A stretch of 64,000 bases of DNA. It comes from an uncultured Prevotella sp. (GTDB lineage: Bacteria > Bacteroidota > Bacteroidia > Bacteroidales > Bacteroidaceae). The notes beneath the pieces are model-generated. The model ran no database searches. It had not been told where the DNA came from and saw only the letters and a list, made by a program, of their open reading frames with translations. The stretch spans positions 2,662-66,661 of the forward strand of contig CAMJFM010000007.1 of assembly GCA_946404925.1 (NCBI GenBank), read 5' to 3'. Both the position numbers and the translations under genes were made by a program. This document shows positions 1-8,937 of this stretch, in pieces (the stretch's first letter is position 1; each line of letters begins with the position of its first letter).

Positions 1-1250
1 ATACTGTTGGAACTACGGAACTGATGAGTGGGCACCTGGTTTGCATACTGCCAGTTTGACATCCAAGCAATAACCACATGGCGATTCTCAGGAGCATTAC
101 TAAACGAAACTGTTGCATAGTGGTCTTTACCATAGTCCATCCACTTGGTGACCTCGGGTTTCGACTCACAAGTAAACTTATGGCCATCGAACTGGCCTAC
201 AAAGTATTGTGTTGCGTTTCCGCCAAAAGGTCCTCCTGGGTTAATGTTGCACACCAACATCCACTTCTGCTGACCAGTACCACGAACTGGCAGCTGCATC
301 ATATCGGGGCATTCCCAAACGCCACCATGGTTGCCGTATTCGCGACCGAAGCTGCTTTCAAAGGTCCACTCCTTCAGGTTGGGCGAAGAATAGAACTGCA
401 TCTCCTGACCGGCAGCAAGAACCACAATCCACTTCTGAGTTGGTTCATGCCAGAAGATCTTTGGGTCGCGGAAATCTGGAATATCGCTGGTTATCACAGG
501 GTTCTTCTCATATTTAGTAAAAGTACGGCCTCCATCAGTAGAATATGCCATTGATTGCGTCTGAGCCTCTGCAGCAGAGGTATAGTAAGCGATAATGGCA
601 TTCTTACCGAAGCCAGCAGAATTACGAGTATCAACCACGCAAGAGCCGCTGAATATAGTACCTATGGCATCTGCCTCTATCGCATTTGGCAGTGCCTCCC
701 AATGAACCAGGTCTTTTGATACAGAATGGCCCCAAGTCATATTCTCCCACAGCGATCCAAAGGGATTATATTGGAAGTACAAGTGCCACTCGCCATCCTT
801 ATAGAACATACCATTAGGATCATTCATCCAGCCATATACTGGAGAATGATGATACTCTGGACGGAATCGTTCAACGTTTGAGGTATCGAATGTATTGCTG
901 AATTTCATTTCCTTCCAGCATGCAAACTCTTTAAGAACACCCTTTGTACGACGATCGCCATGGAAAATAATATCAAGTGTCTGCCCGTCTTTAATTACTA
1001 ATGGCACATAATAATCTACATGATCTACCGACAAGCGGACATTGGGTCGGCGATAAGACTGATTGTCTTTGCCTATCACCCTGACGCTGGCATTCTCTGC
1101 CCTTTCTTCTACAGGCAGTAATACATACTTGTAGTTTGTGTCGATACTAACCATCACATGGTTATCACCGAGTACCCTGGGTTGTACCTGAGCCTGTGCC
1201 GAGGTCGCCATCAGTACTGCAGCTACGATCGTTGTCATTACCTTTTTCAT
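1..1250 (-). CDS. GH32 beta-fructofuranosidase/levanase, secreted, with N-terminal extra domain; 3' end runs off the window
   Basis: Not in the ORF track; translated by hand from ATG at 1250 (MKKVMTTIVAAVLMATSAQAQ signal peptide). Contains the GH32 catalytic motifs WMNDPNG, DFRDPK and WECPD. Confidence 0.93.
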   Translation of the reverse strand, partial: MKKVMTTIVAAVLMATSAQAQVQPRVLGDNHVMVSIDTNYKYVLLPVEERAENASVRVIGKDNQSYRRPNVRLSVDHVDYYVPLVIKDGQTLDIIFHGDRRTKGVLKEFACWKEMKFSNTFDTSNVERFRPEYHHSPVYGWMNDPNGMFYKDGEWHLYFQYNPFGSLWENMTWGHSVSKDLVHWEALPNAIEADAIGTIFSGSCVVDTRNSAGFGKNAIIAYYTSAAEAQTQSMAYSTDGGRTFTKYEKNPVITSDIPDFRDPKIFWHEPTQKWIVVLAAGQEMQFYSSPNLKEWTFESSFGREYGNHGGVWECPDMMQLPVRGTGQQKWMLVCNINPGGPFGGNATQYFVGQFDGHKFTCESKPEVTKWMDYGKDHYATVSFSNAPENRHVVIAWMSNWQYANQVPTHQFRSSNS

Positions 1251-1340
1251 AAAGTTATTCATTTTATTGTTTCAGATTTTTGCCACAAAAGTACATCAAA
1301 GATATGACACATACAATAAATAATGTTTCATTTACTAATA

Positions 1341-1383
1341 AAAATCGTTCATTGCAACAAAAATACATGCAATGAACGATTTT
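1341..1383 (-). terminator. Intrinsic terminator downstream of pdxT
   Basis: Perfect 16-bp inverted repeat AAAATCGTTCATTGCA / TGCAATGAACGATTTT with an 11-nt loop; T-rich tail on the minus strand. Confidence 0.75.
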
Positions 1384-1412
1384 TAATTCGACTAATAGTG
1401 GAACGATGAGTG

Positions 1413-1964
1413 CTATATCATATCTATCAGCAACTGATGCAGGCGGAGGTCATCGTCGAGTTCCGGATGGAAGGCGGTGGCTATCTGATTGCCTTGGCGG
1501 GCGGCTACGATATGGCCGTCGACGGTGGAAATAGCCTTGCAATCGTCAGATAATATCTCTTCGATGTATGGGGCACGGATAAACGTCATGGGTACATCAG
1601 TACCGATGCCATCGACGGTGCCTGTGGTGTGAAAACTGCCTAGCTGGCGACCGTAGGCGTTGCGGCGCACGCGGATGTGCATAGTACCCAGATAGCCATC
1701 GGACAGCAGAATCATACCGGCACAAGTGCCAAGCACTGGCAGGCCATCGGCAATGGCCTGGCGGATGGGTTCAAACAATCCGAGTTCACGCAGCAGGCGC
1801 ATCTGCACAGTACTCTCGCCACCAGGCAGGATGAGGGCTGACCACCCACCCTGCTGCCAATCGCTAAGCTGGCGAATCTCGACTGTATCGACACCCAACT
1901 TCTGCAGCACCTGCTCGTGCTCAATGAATGCCCCCTGGAGGGCTAAAACTGCAACCTTAAACAT
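1413..1964 (-). CDS. pdxT: Pyridoxal 5'-phosphate synthase glutaminase subunit
   Basis: LALQGAF, LILPGGEST, GTCAG (catalytic Cys) and FHPEL motifs; adjacent to pdxS. Confidence 0.97.
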   Translation of the reverse strand: MFKVAVLALQGAFIEHEQVLQKLGVDTVEIRQLSDWQQGGWSALILPGGESTVQMRLLRELGLFEPIRQAIADGLPVLGTCAGMILLSDGYLGTMHIRVRRNAYGRQLGSFHTTGTVDGIGTDVPMTFIRAPYIEEILSDDCKAISTVDGHIVAARQGNQIATAFHPELDDDLRLHQLLIDMI

Positions 1965-1991
1965 TAAAGATTAAACATTAAAAATTAAAGA
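1957..1991. repeat. Five tandem heptamers TTAAAnA between pdxS and pdxT
   Basis: ttaaaca-ttaaaga-ttaaaca-ttaaaaa-ttaaaga read directly from the sequence. Confidence 0.8.
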
Positions 1992-2867
1992 TTATTTTCC
2001 ACGCTCTGCCATCAGCAGTTCAATCTCGTGTTCGTTGATACCCACCATTGCCTCGCCAAGATCCTCAGAGAGTTCTGCCAAGAGCTTAGCATCTTTATAA
2101 TTGGTTACGGCCTGAACAATGGCGGCGGCACGCTTGCGTGGGTTACCGCTCTTAAAGATACCACTACCCACAAAAACGCCCTCAGCACCCAACTGCATCA
2201 TCAGAGCAGCATCGGCAGGAGTAGCCACACCACCGGCAGCGAAGTTAACAACAGGCAGTTTGCCGTTCTCATGAACAAACTTAACCAGCTCATAAGGTGC
2301 CTGCAGCTGCTTGGCAGCCTCGAAGAGCTCGTCCTCACTCATAGACACCAATCGGCGAATCTCACTCTGCATCAGGCGCATGTGACTCACAGCCTGAACA
2401 ACATCGCCCGTGCCTGGCTCGCCCTTGGTACGAATCATGGTAGCACCCTCGGCAATACGGCGCAGGGCCTCGCCAAGGTTCTTGGCTCCACAAACAAAGG
2501 GAACGTCGAACTTTGTCTTGTCAATATGGTAGATGTTATCGGCAGGGCTCAACACCTCGCTCTCGTCGATATAATCAATCTCGATGGCCTGTAGAATCTG
2601 AGCCTCAGCGATGTGGCCGATACGGCATTTTGCCATAACAGGAATGCTTACAGCCTCTTGGATTCCACGTATCATCTTAGGGTCGCTCATACGGCTCACA
2701 CCACCTGCTGCACGGATGTCGGCAGGGATACGTTCGAGGGCCATTACAGCGCAGGCACCGGCCTCTTCGGCTATGCGGGCCTGCTCGGGAGTAGTCACGT
2801 CCATTATAACACCACCCTTCAGCATCTGAGCCAACTGGCGGTTTAACAACTGTCTTTCGTTTGTCAT
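1992..2867 (-). CDS. pdxS: Pyridoxal 5'-phosphate synthase lyase subunit
   Basis: [33 protein letters not shown] and [19 protein letters not shown] motifs. Confidence 0.98.
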   Translation of the reverse strand: MTNERQLLNRQLAQMLKGGVIMDVTTPEQARIAEEAGACAVMALERIPADIRAAGGVSRMSDPKMIRGIQEAVSIPVMAKCRIGHIAEAQILQAIEIDYIDESEVLSPADNIYHIDKTKFDVPFVCGAKNLGEALRRIAEGATMIRTKGEPGTGDVVQAVSHMRLMQSEIRRLVSMSEDELFEAAKQLQAPYELVKFVHENGKLPVVNFAAGGVATPADAALMMQLGAEGVFVGSGIFKSGNPRKRAAAIVQAVTNYKDAKLLAELSEDLGEAMVGINEHEIELLMAERGK

Positions 2868-2876
2868 TTTTACTTA

Positions 2877-3770
2877 TTATTGTTTACGTTGATATTCGGT
2901 AGGCGACACGCCCCGTCGCTTCTTGAAGAAGCGCGACAGGTGTGCTTGCGACGAGAACCCAAGCATTTGGGCTACGTCTTTTAAAGGTTTATTGGTGGTG
3001 GTGATCAGTGTTTCGATCTCGCTGGCGATGCGCTCGTCGATGATAGCCTTGGGCGAGCGGCCTGTTGTCTGACGGGTGACCTGCCCTAAGTAGCGCGGAC
3101 TAACGTTGAGCTGTTCGGCATAGAAGGCCACATCGGCATAGCGGTTGTAGTAATGCTCTACGGCATCGAGAAACTGATTGTAGAGCTCCTCGCTACGGCT
3201 GTTTCCATCGGCATACTCGGCAGGCAACTGCTTCAGGTAGGCCTGTGCATGCAGCATGGCATCGCTCACCTTCTCGTCGAGACTCAGATAGTAGGCCAAG
3301 GCCGATGCCAACTGGTTGGCGCGTCCGTGGCGTAGCGGCGTCTCAGCCAGATCGCTTGGTGCCAATACCACTGTGCACATGGGTATCAGCAACTTCTCGA
3401 TGGCTTGGTACACACGATGATCCACCAACTGTTCGCCTTTGGCTGATGTGAGTACGGGCACATAGATAATGTGGCGTGGCTTGTGGCGCTGCAGCACCTC
3501 GGCCAGCATCTCTACTACATCAGTGCGGCGAAGAAGTCCGATCTTAACGACTTGCGGCTCAAGGTCGTTGATGATAGCCTCGACCTGCTGGCGCACTACC
3601 GATGCGGGCAGATCGTGGAACTCCTGGATACCCAAGGTGTTCTGGACAGTTATCGACGTAATGGCCGATGCAGCCGTGCCACCAAGCTTACTGATAAGCC
3701 TGATGTCGGCCTGCACACCCGATCCGCCGGTTCCATCGCTACCTGTTATCGTTAATATCGTTCGATTCAT
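2877..3770 (-). CDS. ThiD/PdxK-like (degenerate) kinase domain fused to a C-terminal AraC HTH; probable transcription regulator
   Basis: N-terminal ILTITGSDGTGGSGVQADI...TSITVQNT (ThiD-like); C-terminal AraC features YAEQLNVSPRYL and LGFSSQAHLSRFFKK. ATG at 3770 is preferred over 3806 because a promoter-like TTTG-N20-TTCCTTTG lies between them. Confidence 0.85.
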   Translation of the reverse strand: MNRTILTITGSDGTGGSGVQADIRLISKLGGTAASAITSITVQNTLGIQEFHDLPASVVRQQVEAIINDLEPQVVKIGLLRRTDVVEMLAEVLQRHKPRHIIYVPVLTSAKGEQLVDHRVYQAIEKLLIPMCTVVLAPSDLAETPLRHGRANQLASALAYYLSLDEKVSDAMLHAQAYLKQLPAEYADGNSRSEELYNQFLDAVEHYYNRYADVAFYAEQLNVSPRYLGQVTRQTTGRSPKAIIDERIASEIETLITTTNKPLKDVAQMLGFSSQAHLSRFFKKRRGVSPTEYQRKQ

Positions 3771-3861
3771 GGGTGCAAAGGAACTAAAAAACGGCGAAAC
3801 GGCCAAACATTATTCCTTTTATGATAAAAAAAACTGCAATTTGGGATAATCTCACCTTGTA

Positions 3862-6771
3862 TCATCGGCGCCAGTTGCCACGGCCCTGGTTGCCACGATT
3901 ATCGCGGCTACCCCACTTCTGATCGTAACGGTTCTCGGTATCGACCTTTCCGCCGAACATATTGAGGCGGTAGCGCACGTGGAGCATGGCATACGAGTTA
4001 ACACTGTTGTAGCGGGTATCGCTGCGGCCTGAGGCATTGACCCAACGCTCGTAGTTGCTCTGCTGACCAAGCAAATCGTAGAAGTTAAGCGCCACGATGA
4101 GCGACTTGGACTTGAGGAACGCCTTTGACACCTGACCATTCCAGATGAGCTCGTTGGTATTCATCGACGAGTCGTTATAGCCTCGGCGGCTGCGCTCATG
4201 AATCTCGCTGCTGATTTCGAAGCCCGATGGCAACTTGATGAGGAACTGACCACCGTAGTTGAACTGCCAGGTGTCGAGATCGGCACTGGGCTGCAACTCA
4301 TTGCGCGAGTGCTGGTAGTTAAGACGGCCATCGAGGGTAATCTCGAGCCAGTCGTTACGATAGCCCAGAGATATGCGCTCGTTGAAGTTGGTGGTACGGG
4401 TGGTATTCTTCGCGGCATCGGCCTGCTGCTGCGCCACATAGCTCACAAAGTTGTTGTAGCGGATGCGGGTATCGGTGCCCACATTCCAATGGGCAGTAGA
4501 GTCGAGCGCGGTATTAAATGTAAAACCGGCATTGACATTCCAGTTGCCATTGATATTCTCGGGCTGGGTGATGCTACCACCGGTTTCGGGGTTATAGCGC
4601 ACCAGGTTAGAGATGGAGTTGCGGATGTGGCGGTAGTTGGCATAGACCACGATGCTACGCTTATAGCGCACAATATAGTTATTGTAATAGCCATTGAGCG
4701 AGCTGGTGAACTGCGGCTTCAGTCCGGGATTACCCTTGGTAATGTAGAGCGGGTTTGAATCGTCGGTAATGTCGAGCAGCTGCGTCATCTCGGGCTGACG
4801 GGTATCGCCGCGATAGTGCAGCCACAGATTGCTCTGGTCGCTGAACTTATAGTGGAAGTCGAGTGTGGGCGTCAGGTTGGTGACATTGCGCACGGTATCG
4901 ACATACACGCCACGATAATCCTGAATGAAGTTAGAGTGTTGCGGCTGAACGAGGAAACCGATGTTATAATCGTACTTCTCAACACGATGGCGCAGGTTGA
5001 TGCGCATGTTGTGGGTGTAGTTCTTATACTCGGAGTAGCGACTGAGATCGCGGTCGAGATAGCTATCGAGGGTTGACCATACTGACGAGAGCCAGGGATC
5101 CCAAGTGCGATACTCGGGGGTGATGCCGGCAAAGATGTTCTGTGGCATGCCGCTGAAGTCGTAAGTCAGACGGTCGCTCTTGTTCTGATTGTATCGCAGT
5201 TCGTAGCTGAGCTGCAGGTGAGCACCCTTCCACAGCGGTTCGCTATAAGATGTGCGTACCACATAGCCGCTGTTATCGGACGGCGTGGTGTTGTAGCGGG
5301 CGGTGAAATAGGTAGAGTCCTGACCCGACACGTCTTTTACACGATACAGGTGAACCTCATCATCGCTAACGCTCTGGTTCTCGCTGTTGCCAGCGCTACC
5401 CTCGAAACGCAGGATGACATTACGACCACGGGGATTGAGGCGGCGGTACAACTGGAGCATGGCCCAGGCATTCTTGTTCTCGCCATAAGTCAGGTTGGCA
5501 TTGATATTGGTGTTGACCAGATACTGACCTAACGACGATAGCTGCGACAGGGGATCTTCGACATAGAGATAGGGGTCAGAATCGAATGTGGCAGCACTAG
5601 ACTGGGTAGTGGCATCATTAGTGCCATAGCTGCCATTGGCGCGAATCAGGATGTTAGTCAGGCTGTCGGGTTTCCACTCAAAACGCATGTTCCCCCACCA
5701 GTTATTGCTGCGGGTATAGTTGGCCTGCAGCTTATTAGAGAAGGTACGCGAGGTTTCGCTATAGAAGTTCTCGCTGGCATTCTCGGTCTGGTTATCACCA
5801 CCACGATGGTTCCAACGTAAGCTGAAATCGAGCTTCACCTTATCGTTATTGTCGTAATTGAAGTTGGTGCCCAACATTTTGCGGGCATTAAGTCCGCGAC
5901 GGTTCCACCAACCGGCATTCTCCTCCTTATTATTAAAGTTGCCCAGCAGCACAAAGCGGGTCTTATCGGTAAAGCTGCTGGCCATGCCGCGCGAGGCATA
6001 GCGGTGCTTGGTGCCGCCGGCAATGTCGAGATTAGTCATATAGCCGCGGTTCATACCTTTCTTGATAGAGAAGTCGAGCACGGTTTCCTTCTCGCCATCG
6101 TCGATACCGGTGATACGCGACTGATCGCTCTGCTGGTCGTAGAACTTCATGTTCTGGATGATGTTAACAGGGATGTTCTTGAGTGCCGTCTCCACATCGC
6201 CCAGCATAAACTCCTTACCATCAATCAGAATCTTCTTCACTTCCTTACCATTGATGGTGATGTTGCCATCCTCATCGACCTCGGCACCGGGGATGCGCTT
6301 GATGAGTTCCTCGATAGGTGAACCCTCGGGCGTGCGATAGGCCTCGGGGTTATAGACCAAGGTATCCTTCTTGACGATGACCTGAGCGGCACGACCGGTG
6401 ATGACGGCCTCCCGCAGCATGATACTCTCGGACTCCATGAGCAAGTTGCCAAGGTCTTGACTGGCATTACGGCGCAGAGACACCTCGCGCTCGATGGTCT
6501 GATAGCCTACTGATGAAATACGGAGGCGATAGATGCCACTGCGAGGAGCCTCGATATAGAAGTTTCCACGCTCGTTGGTAACAGTGCCGCCCACAAAGGT
6601 GCTATCGGATGCGGTGAACAACTGGATGGTGGCCTGAACCATGGGCTCCTTGAACTCAGAGTCGAGCAGCTGGCCACGGATAGTAAGTTTGCGATCCTCG
6701 GGCTCAGGCTGCGCCTGAGCGGTAAGGAAAGATAAGCATGTAACTAGTAATAGAACAATCTTGTTTTGCAT
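3862..6771 (-). CDS. Outer-membrane beta-barrel protein (TonB-dependent-receptor-like) with N-terminal carboxypeptidase-regulatory-like domain
   Basis: Signal peptide; IRGQLLDSEFKEPMVQATI; plug-like IEELIKRIPGAEVDEDGNITINGK; alternating beta-strand C-terminus (YAMLHVRYRLN). Confidence 0.8.
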   Translation of the reverse strand: MQNKIVLLLVTCLSFLTAQAQPEPEDRKLTIRGQLLDSEFKEPMVQATIQLFTASDSTFVGGTVTNERGNFYIEAPRSGIYRLRISSVGYQTIEREVSLRRNASQDLGNLLMESESIMLREAVITGRAAQVIVKKDTLVYNPEAYRTPEGSPIEELIKRIPGAEVDEDGNITINGKEVKKILIDGKEFMLGDVETALKNIPVNIIQNMKFYDQQSDQSRITGIDDGEKETVLDFSIKKGMNRGYMTNLDIAGGTKHRYASRGMASSFTDKTRFVLLGNFNNKEENAGWWNRRGLNARKMLGTNFNYDNNDKVKLDFSLRWNHRGGDNQTENASENFYSETSRTFSNKLQANYTRSNNWWGNMRFEWKPDSLTNILIRANGSYGTNDATTQSSAATFDSDPYLYVEDPLSQLSSLGQYLVNTNINANLTYGENKNAWAMLQLYRRLNPRGRNVILRFEGSAGNSENQSVSDDEVHLYRVKDVSGQDSTYFTARYNTTPSDNSGYVVRTSYSEPLWKGAHLQLSYELRYNQNKSDRLTYDFSGMPQNIFAGITPEYRTWDPWLSSVWSTLDSYLDRDLSRYSEYKNYTHNMRINLRHRVEKYDYNIGFLVQPQHSNFIQDYRGVYVDTVRNVTNLTPTLDFHYKFSDQSNLWLHYRGDTRQPEMTQLLDITDDSNPLYITKGNPGLKPQFTSSLNGYYNNYIVRYKRSIVVYANYRHIRNSISNLVRYNPETGGSITQPENINGNWNVNAGFTFNTALDSTAHWNVGTDTRIRYNNFVSYVAQQQADAAKNTTRTTNFNERISLGYRNDWLEITLDGRLNYQHSRNELQPSADLDTWQFNYGGQFLIKLPSGFEISSEIHERSRRGYNDSSMNTNELIWNGQVSKAFLKSKSLIVALNFYDLLGQQSNYERWVNASGRSDTRYNSVNSYAMLHVRYRLNMFGGKVDTENRYDQKWGSRDNRGNQGRGNWRR

Positions 6772-6788
6772 TGAATATTGTCTGGATA

Positions 6789-7565
6789 TTATTGTTTGGG
6801 TATAACTATGTTTTTAAATGATGAACCAAATATGATGTATTGTGTATTGCCGGCGATGGTGCCTTCGTTCTGTCCCCAGAGGAATGGCCAGTCATCGAAG
6901 TTCTCGAAGTGGTCGGGCTGATCGGTAGCAAGTGTTATCTGATGTCCGGTCTCAATGGGTAATGGATCAACAAATCGGTCGGTTCCACGGTCATCATAAG
7001 TCTTGAATCCCTTGAACTGACGCGGTTTCTCACTATTGGGACGGGTAACAGTCTGACTTGTGGCATAGCGCGGCAATCGGCCTAAGCGCCCATCAACATT
7101 ATAGGTCTTAAGCCAGTATTGTGATGGCAAGAACTCAATATTAAAGCCAGCCTCGCCAGCAAGTTTCTCGGGCACAGGCTTATCAAGCCAAACGGCAATT
7201 TCAACAGCTTTGCCCTTGGCTGTAACAACAACGCGACTATCGAAGTCGTAATCATCGTAACGCATCACAACTTCGATACTACCCTTTTCGCGGTTTACAA
7301 TGCGCGATACGGTCTTGGGCACAAGATCCCATTGTTCGGGTGTATTATTCAAGCGTACCGCTCCACCCTGTATCGTGCGCACACCATGATGAATAATCTC
7401 AATGCCGGAATTCTTCTCATCGTTAAAGCCGCCATTAAAATTATTACTGAATACAAGAATATTTACACCTTGACGCTCGAAATATTCGCGATCATTAAGT
7501 CTTAGATCCTGGGCCTGAGACAACATGGGCACAGCCATCAGGAATAGTGTCAATAAGTTCTTCAC
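6789..7565 (-). pseudogene. GH9-family glycoside hydrolase remnant: N-terminal domain joined in frame to the extreme C-terminus, catalytic core missing
   Basis: GTG start. The N-terminus (LNDREYFERQGVNILVFSN...DEKNSGIEIIHHGVRT) and the tail (QPDHFENFDDWPFLWGQNE) match my recollection of the two ends of the much longer Bacteroidales GH9 proteins, but the ORF is only 258 aa. Confidence 0.65.
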
Positions 7566-7593
7566 AAATAAGTCCAGTTAAATATTATTCTGA

Positions 7594-8592
7594 TTATTTG
7601 GTACTATCTCTTAGCTCCAGACGGGCCTTAACAATAACATGTTGCACACAGTTATCGCCATTAAGCTGGTCGAACAGTAACTTGAACGCCTTTGTGCCCA
7701 TTTCGCGCTGATTTTGTTTTACAAACGACATACGGGGCGACATTACATCCGACACCCAGTCGCTCATATATCCAATCAGCGCAACATCGTCAGGAATACG
7801 TAATCCGCGACTGTCAATAGCTCGCATCGCCGAACCTACCAGTAAGCCGTGAGTAGCAATGATAGCATCGGGCGGTTCGGGCAGATCCAACAACTCGAGT
7901 GTATCTGAAAGACCGGAATTAAAGCTGATGTAATTACACTTCACCAGTTCTTTTATAATAGGCATATTACTCTCGCGCAATGCCTCGATATATCCATGTT
8001 TGCGTTCTATGGTCTGCTTCACCCTGTTAGGTCCACCCAGGAATGCGATTCGCTTTGCACCACCATCAATTAATGTCTTAGTGGCCTGACGGGCAGAGTC
8101 GGCATCGTTAATAACTACCGACGAAATATCAATATCGGCATCACGATCGAACAACACAACAGGAACATTTATTTTCCTAAGTCGCTGGATATGAGCGAAA
8201 TCGGTGGTTTCTTGCGAAGGACATATGATGACACCCTCTACATGCATGTTTATCAGCAGCTCCAGACAACTCTTCTCGGTTTCGTATTTATCATCAGAGT
8301 CGGTGATAATACACATATACCCTTCCTTACGGGCCTCGGCCTCAATACGCTTAACGATATGAGCAAAATGATTGAACGAAATATCAGGAACCACAACACC
8401 TATGGTACGGGTGGTGTCATAACGAAGACTAACGGCAAACGGATTAGGACGATAGCCCTTGTCCTTGGCTAAAGCCAAAATCTGCTGACGCAGTTCAGAA
8501 CTCACTCCCTCCAGTCCACGCAATGCACGTGATACTGTAGAAACATTTACTCCAAGCAAGTTCGCGATTTCGCGTTGTGAAATTCTTTTCAT
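7594..8592 (-). CDS. LacI family transcriptional regulator
   Basis: HTH ISQREIANLLGVNVSTVSRAL, hinge YRPNPFAVSL, periplasmic-binding-protein-like sugar domain. Confidence 0.95.
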   Translation of the reverse strand: MKRISQREIANLLGVNVSTVSRALRGLEGVSSELRQQILALAKDKGYRPNPFAVSLRYDTTRTIGVVVPDISFNHFAHIVKRIEAEARKEGYMCIITDSDDKYETEKSCLELLINMHVEGVIICPSQETTDFAHIQRLRKINVPVVLFDRDADIDISSVVINDADSARQATKTLIDGGAKRIAFLGGPNRVKQTIERKHGYIEALRESNMPIIKELVKCNYISFNSGLSDTLELLDLPEPPDAIIATHGLLVGSAMRAIDSRGLRIPDDVALIGYMSDWVSDVMSPRMSFVKQNQREMGTKAFKLLFDQLNGDNCVQHVIVKARLELRDSTK

Positions 8593-8675
8593 CTCCCCTA
8601 AACAAATCTAGTAATAATTAGTGGTACAAAAGTACTAAAAACCACTCAAATACTAAACGCAACAATAATAAAAAT

Positions 8676-8706
8676 GTTGCGCAACGCGTTGCTTTTTGCG
8701 CAAAAA
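8676..8706. promoter_or_regulatory. Cluster of overlapping palindromes upstream of lacI; candidate operator
   Basis: GTTGCGCAAC (8676-8685), GCAACGCGTTGC (8681-8692) and TTTTTGCGCAAAAA (8693-8706). Confidence 0.5.
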
Positions 8707-8710
8707 TATT

Positions 8711-8736
8711 ACCACCGACTTTCACAAGCCGGTGGT
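8711..8736 (-). other. GUGA-tetraloop hairpin (terminator/REP-like)
   Basis: Minus strand reads ACCACCGGCTT-GTGA-AAGTCGGTGGT; the same core occurs at 48217-48240. Confidence 0.55.
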
Positions 8737-8881
8737 CTTATCTAACTAATTAATTTAATGTAGTGAAACAAGAGATCCCTATTATACTATCATTAAATGG
8801 GCACTTTATATATGGTTCTGTGTTGCATTGGTGTTACAAAGTAAAGAATTATTATTTAAAAATCAAATACCTACATACAAA

Positions 8882-8911
8882 AAATATACCGCAACGCGTT
8901 GCGGTATATTT
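8882..8911. promoter_or_regulatory. Perfect 30-bp palindrome; operator and/or terminator of the SpoIIE gene
   Basis: AAATATACCGCAACGCGTTGCGGTATATTT, containing the same 12-mer as 8681-8692; followed by a T-run on the minus strand. Confidence 0.6.
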
Positions 8912-8937
8912 GCTTTATTTTTGCTTAAAACTATCTA

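Noticed and set aside
78-554. 158-aa plus-strand ORF
   Set aside because: Lies antisense to the GH32 gene, which has full catalytic motifs on the minus strand.
2877-3770. Annotation as a functional thiD kinase
   Set aside because: The catalytic GTGC motif is replaced, the domain is truncated and an AraC HTH is fused.
2877-6771. GC-richer stretch as a horizontally acquired block
   Set aside because: The impression is by eye only, with no mobility genes or boundary repeats; GC variation among genes in this window is broad.
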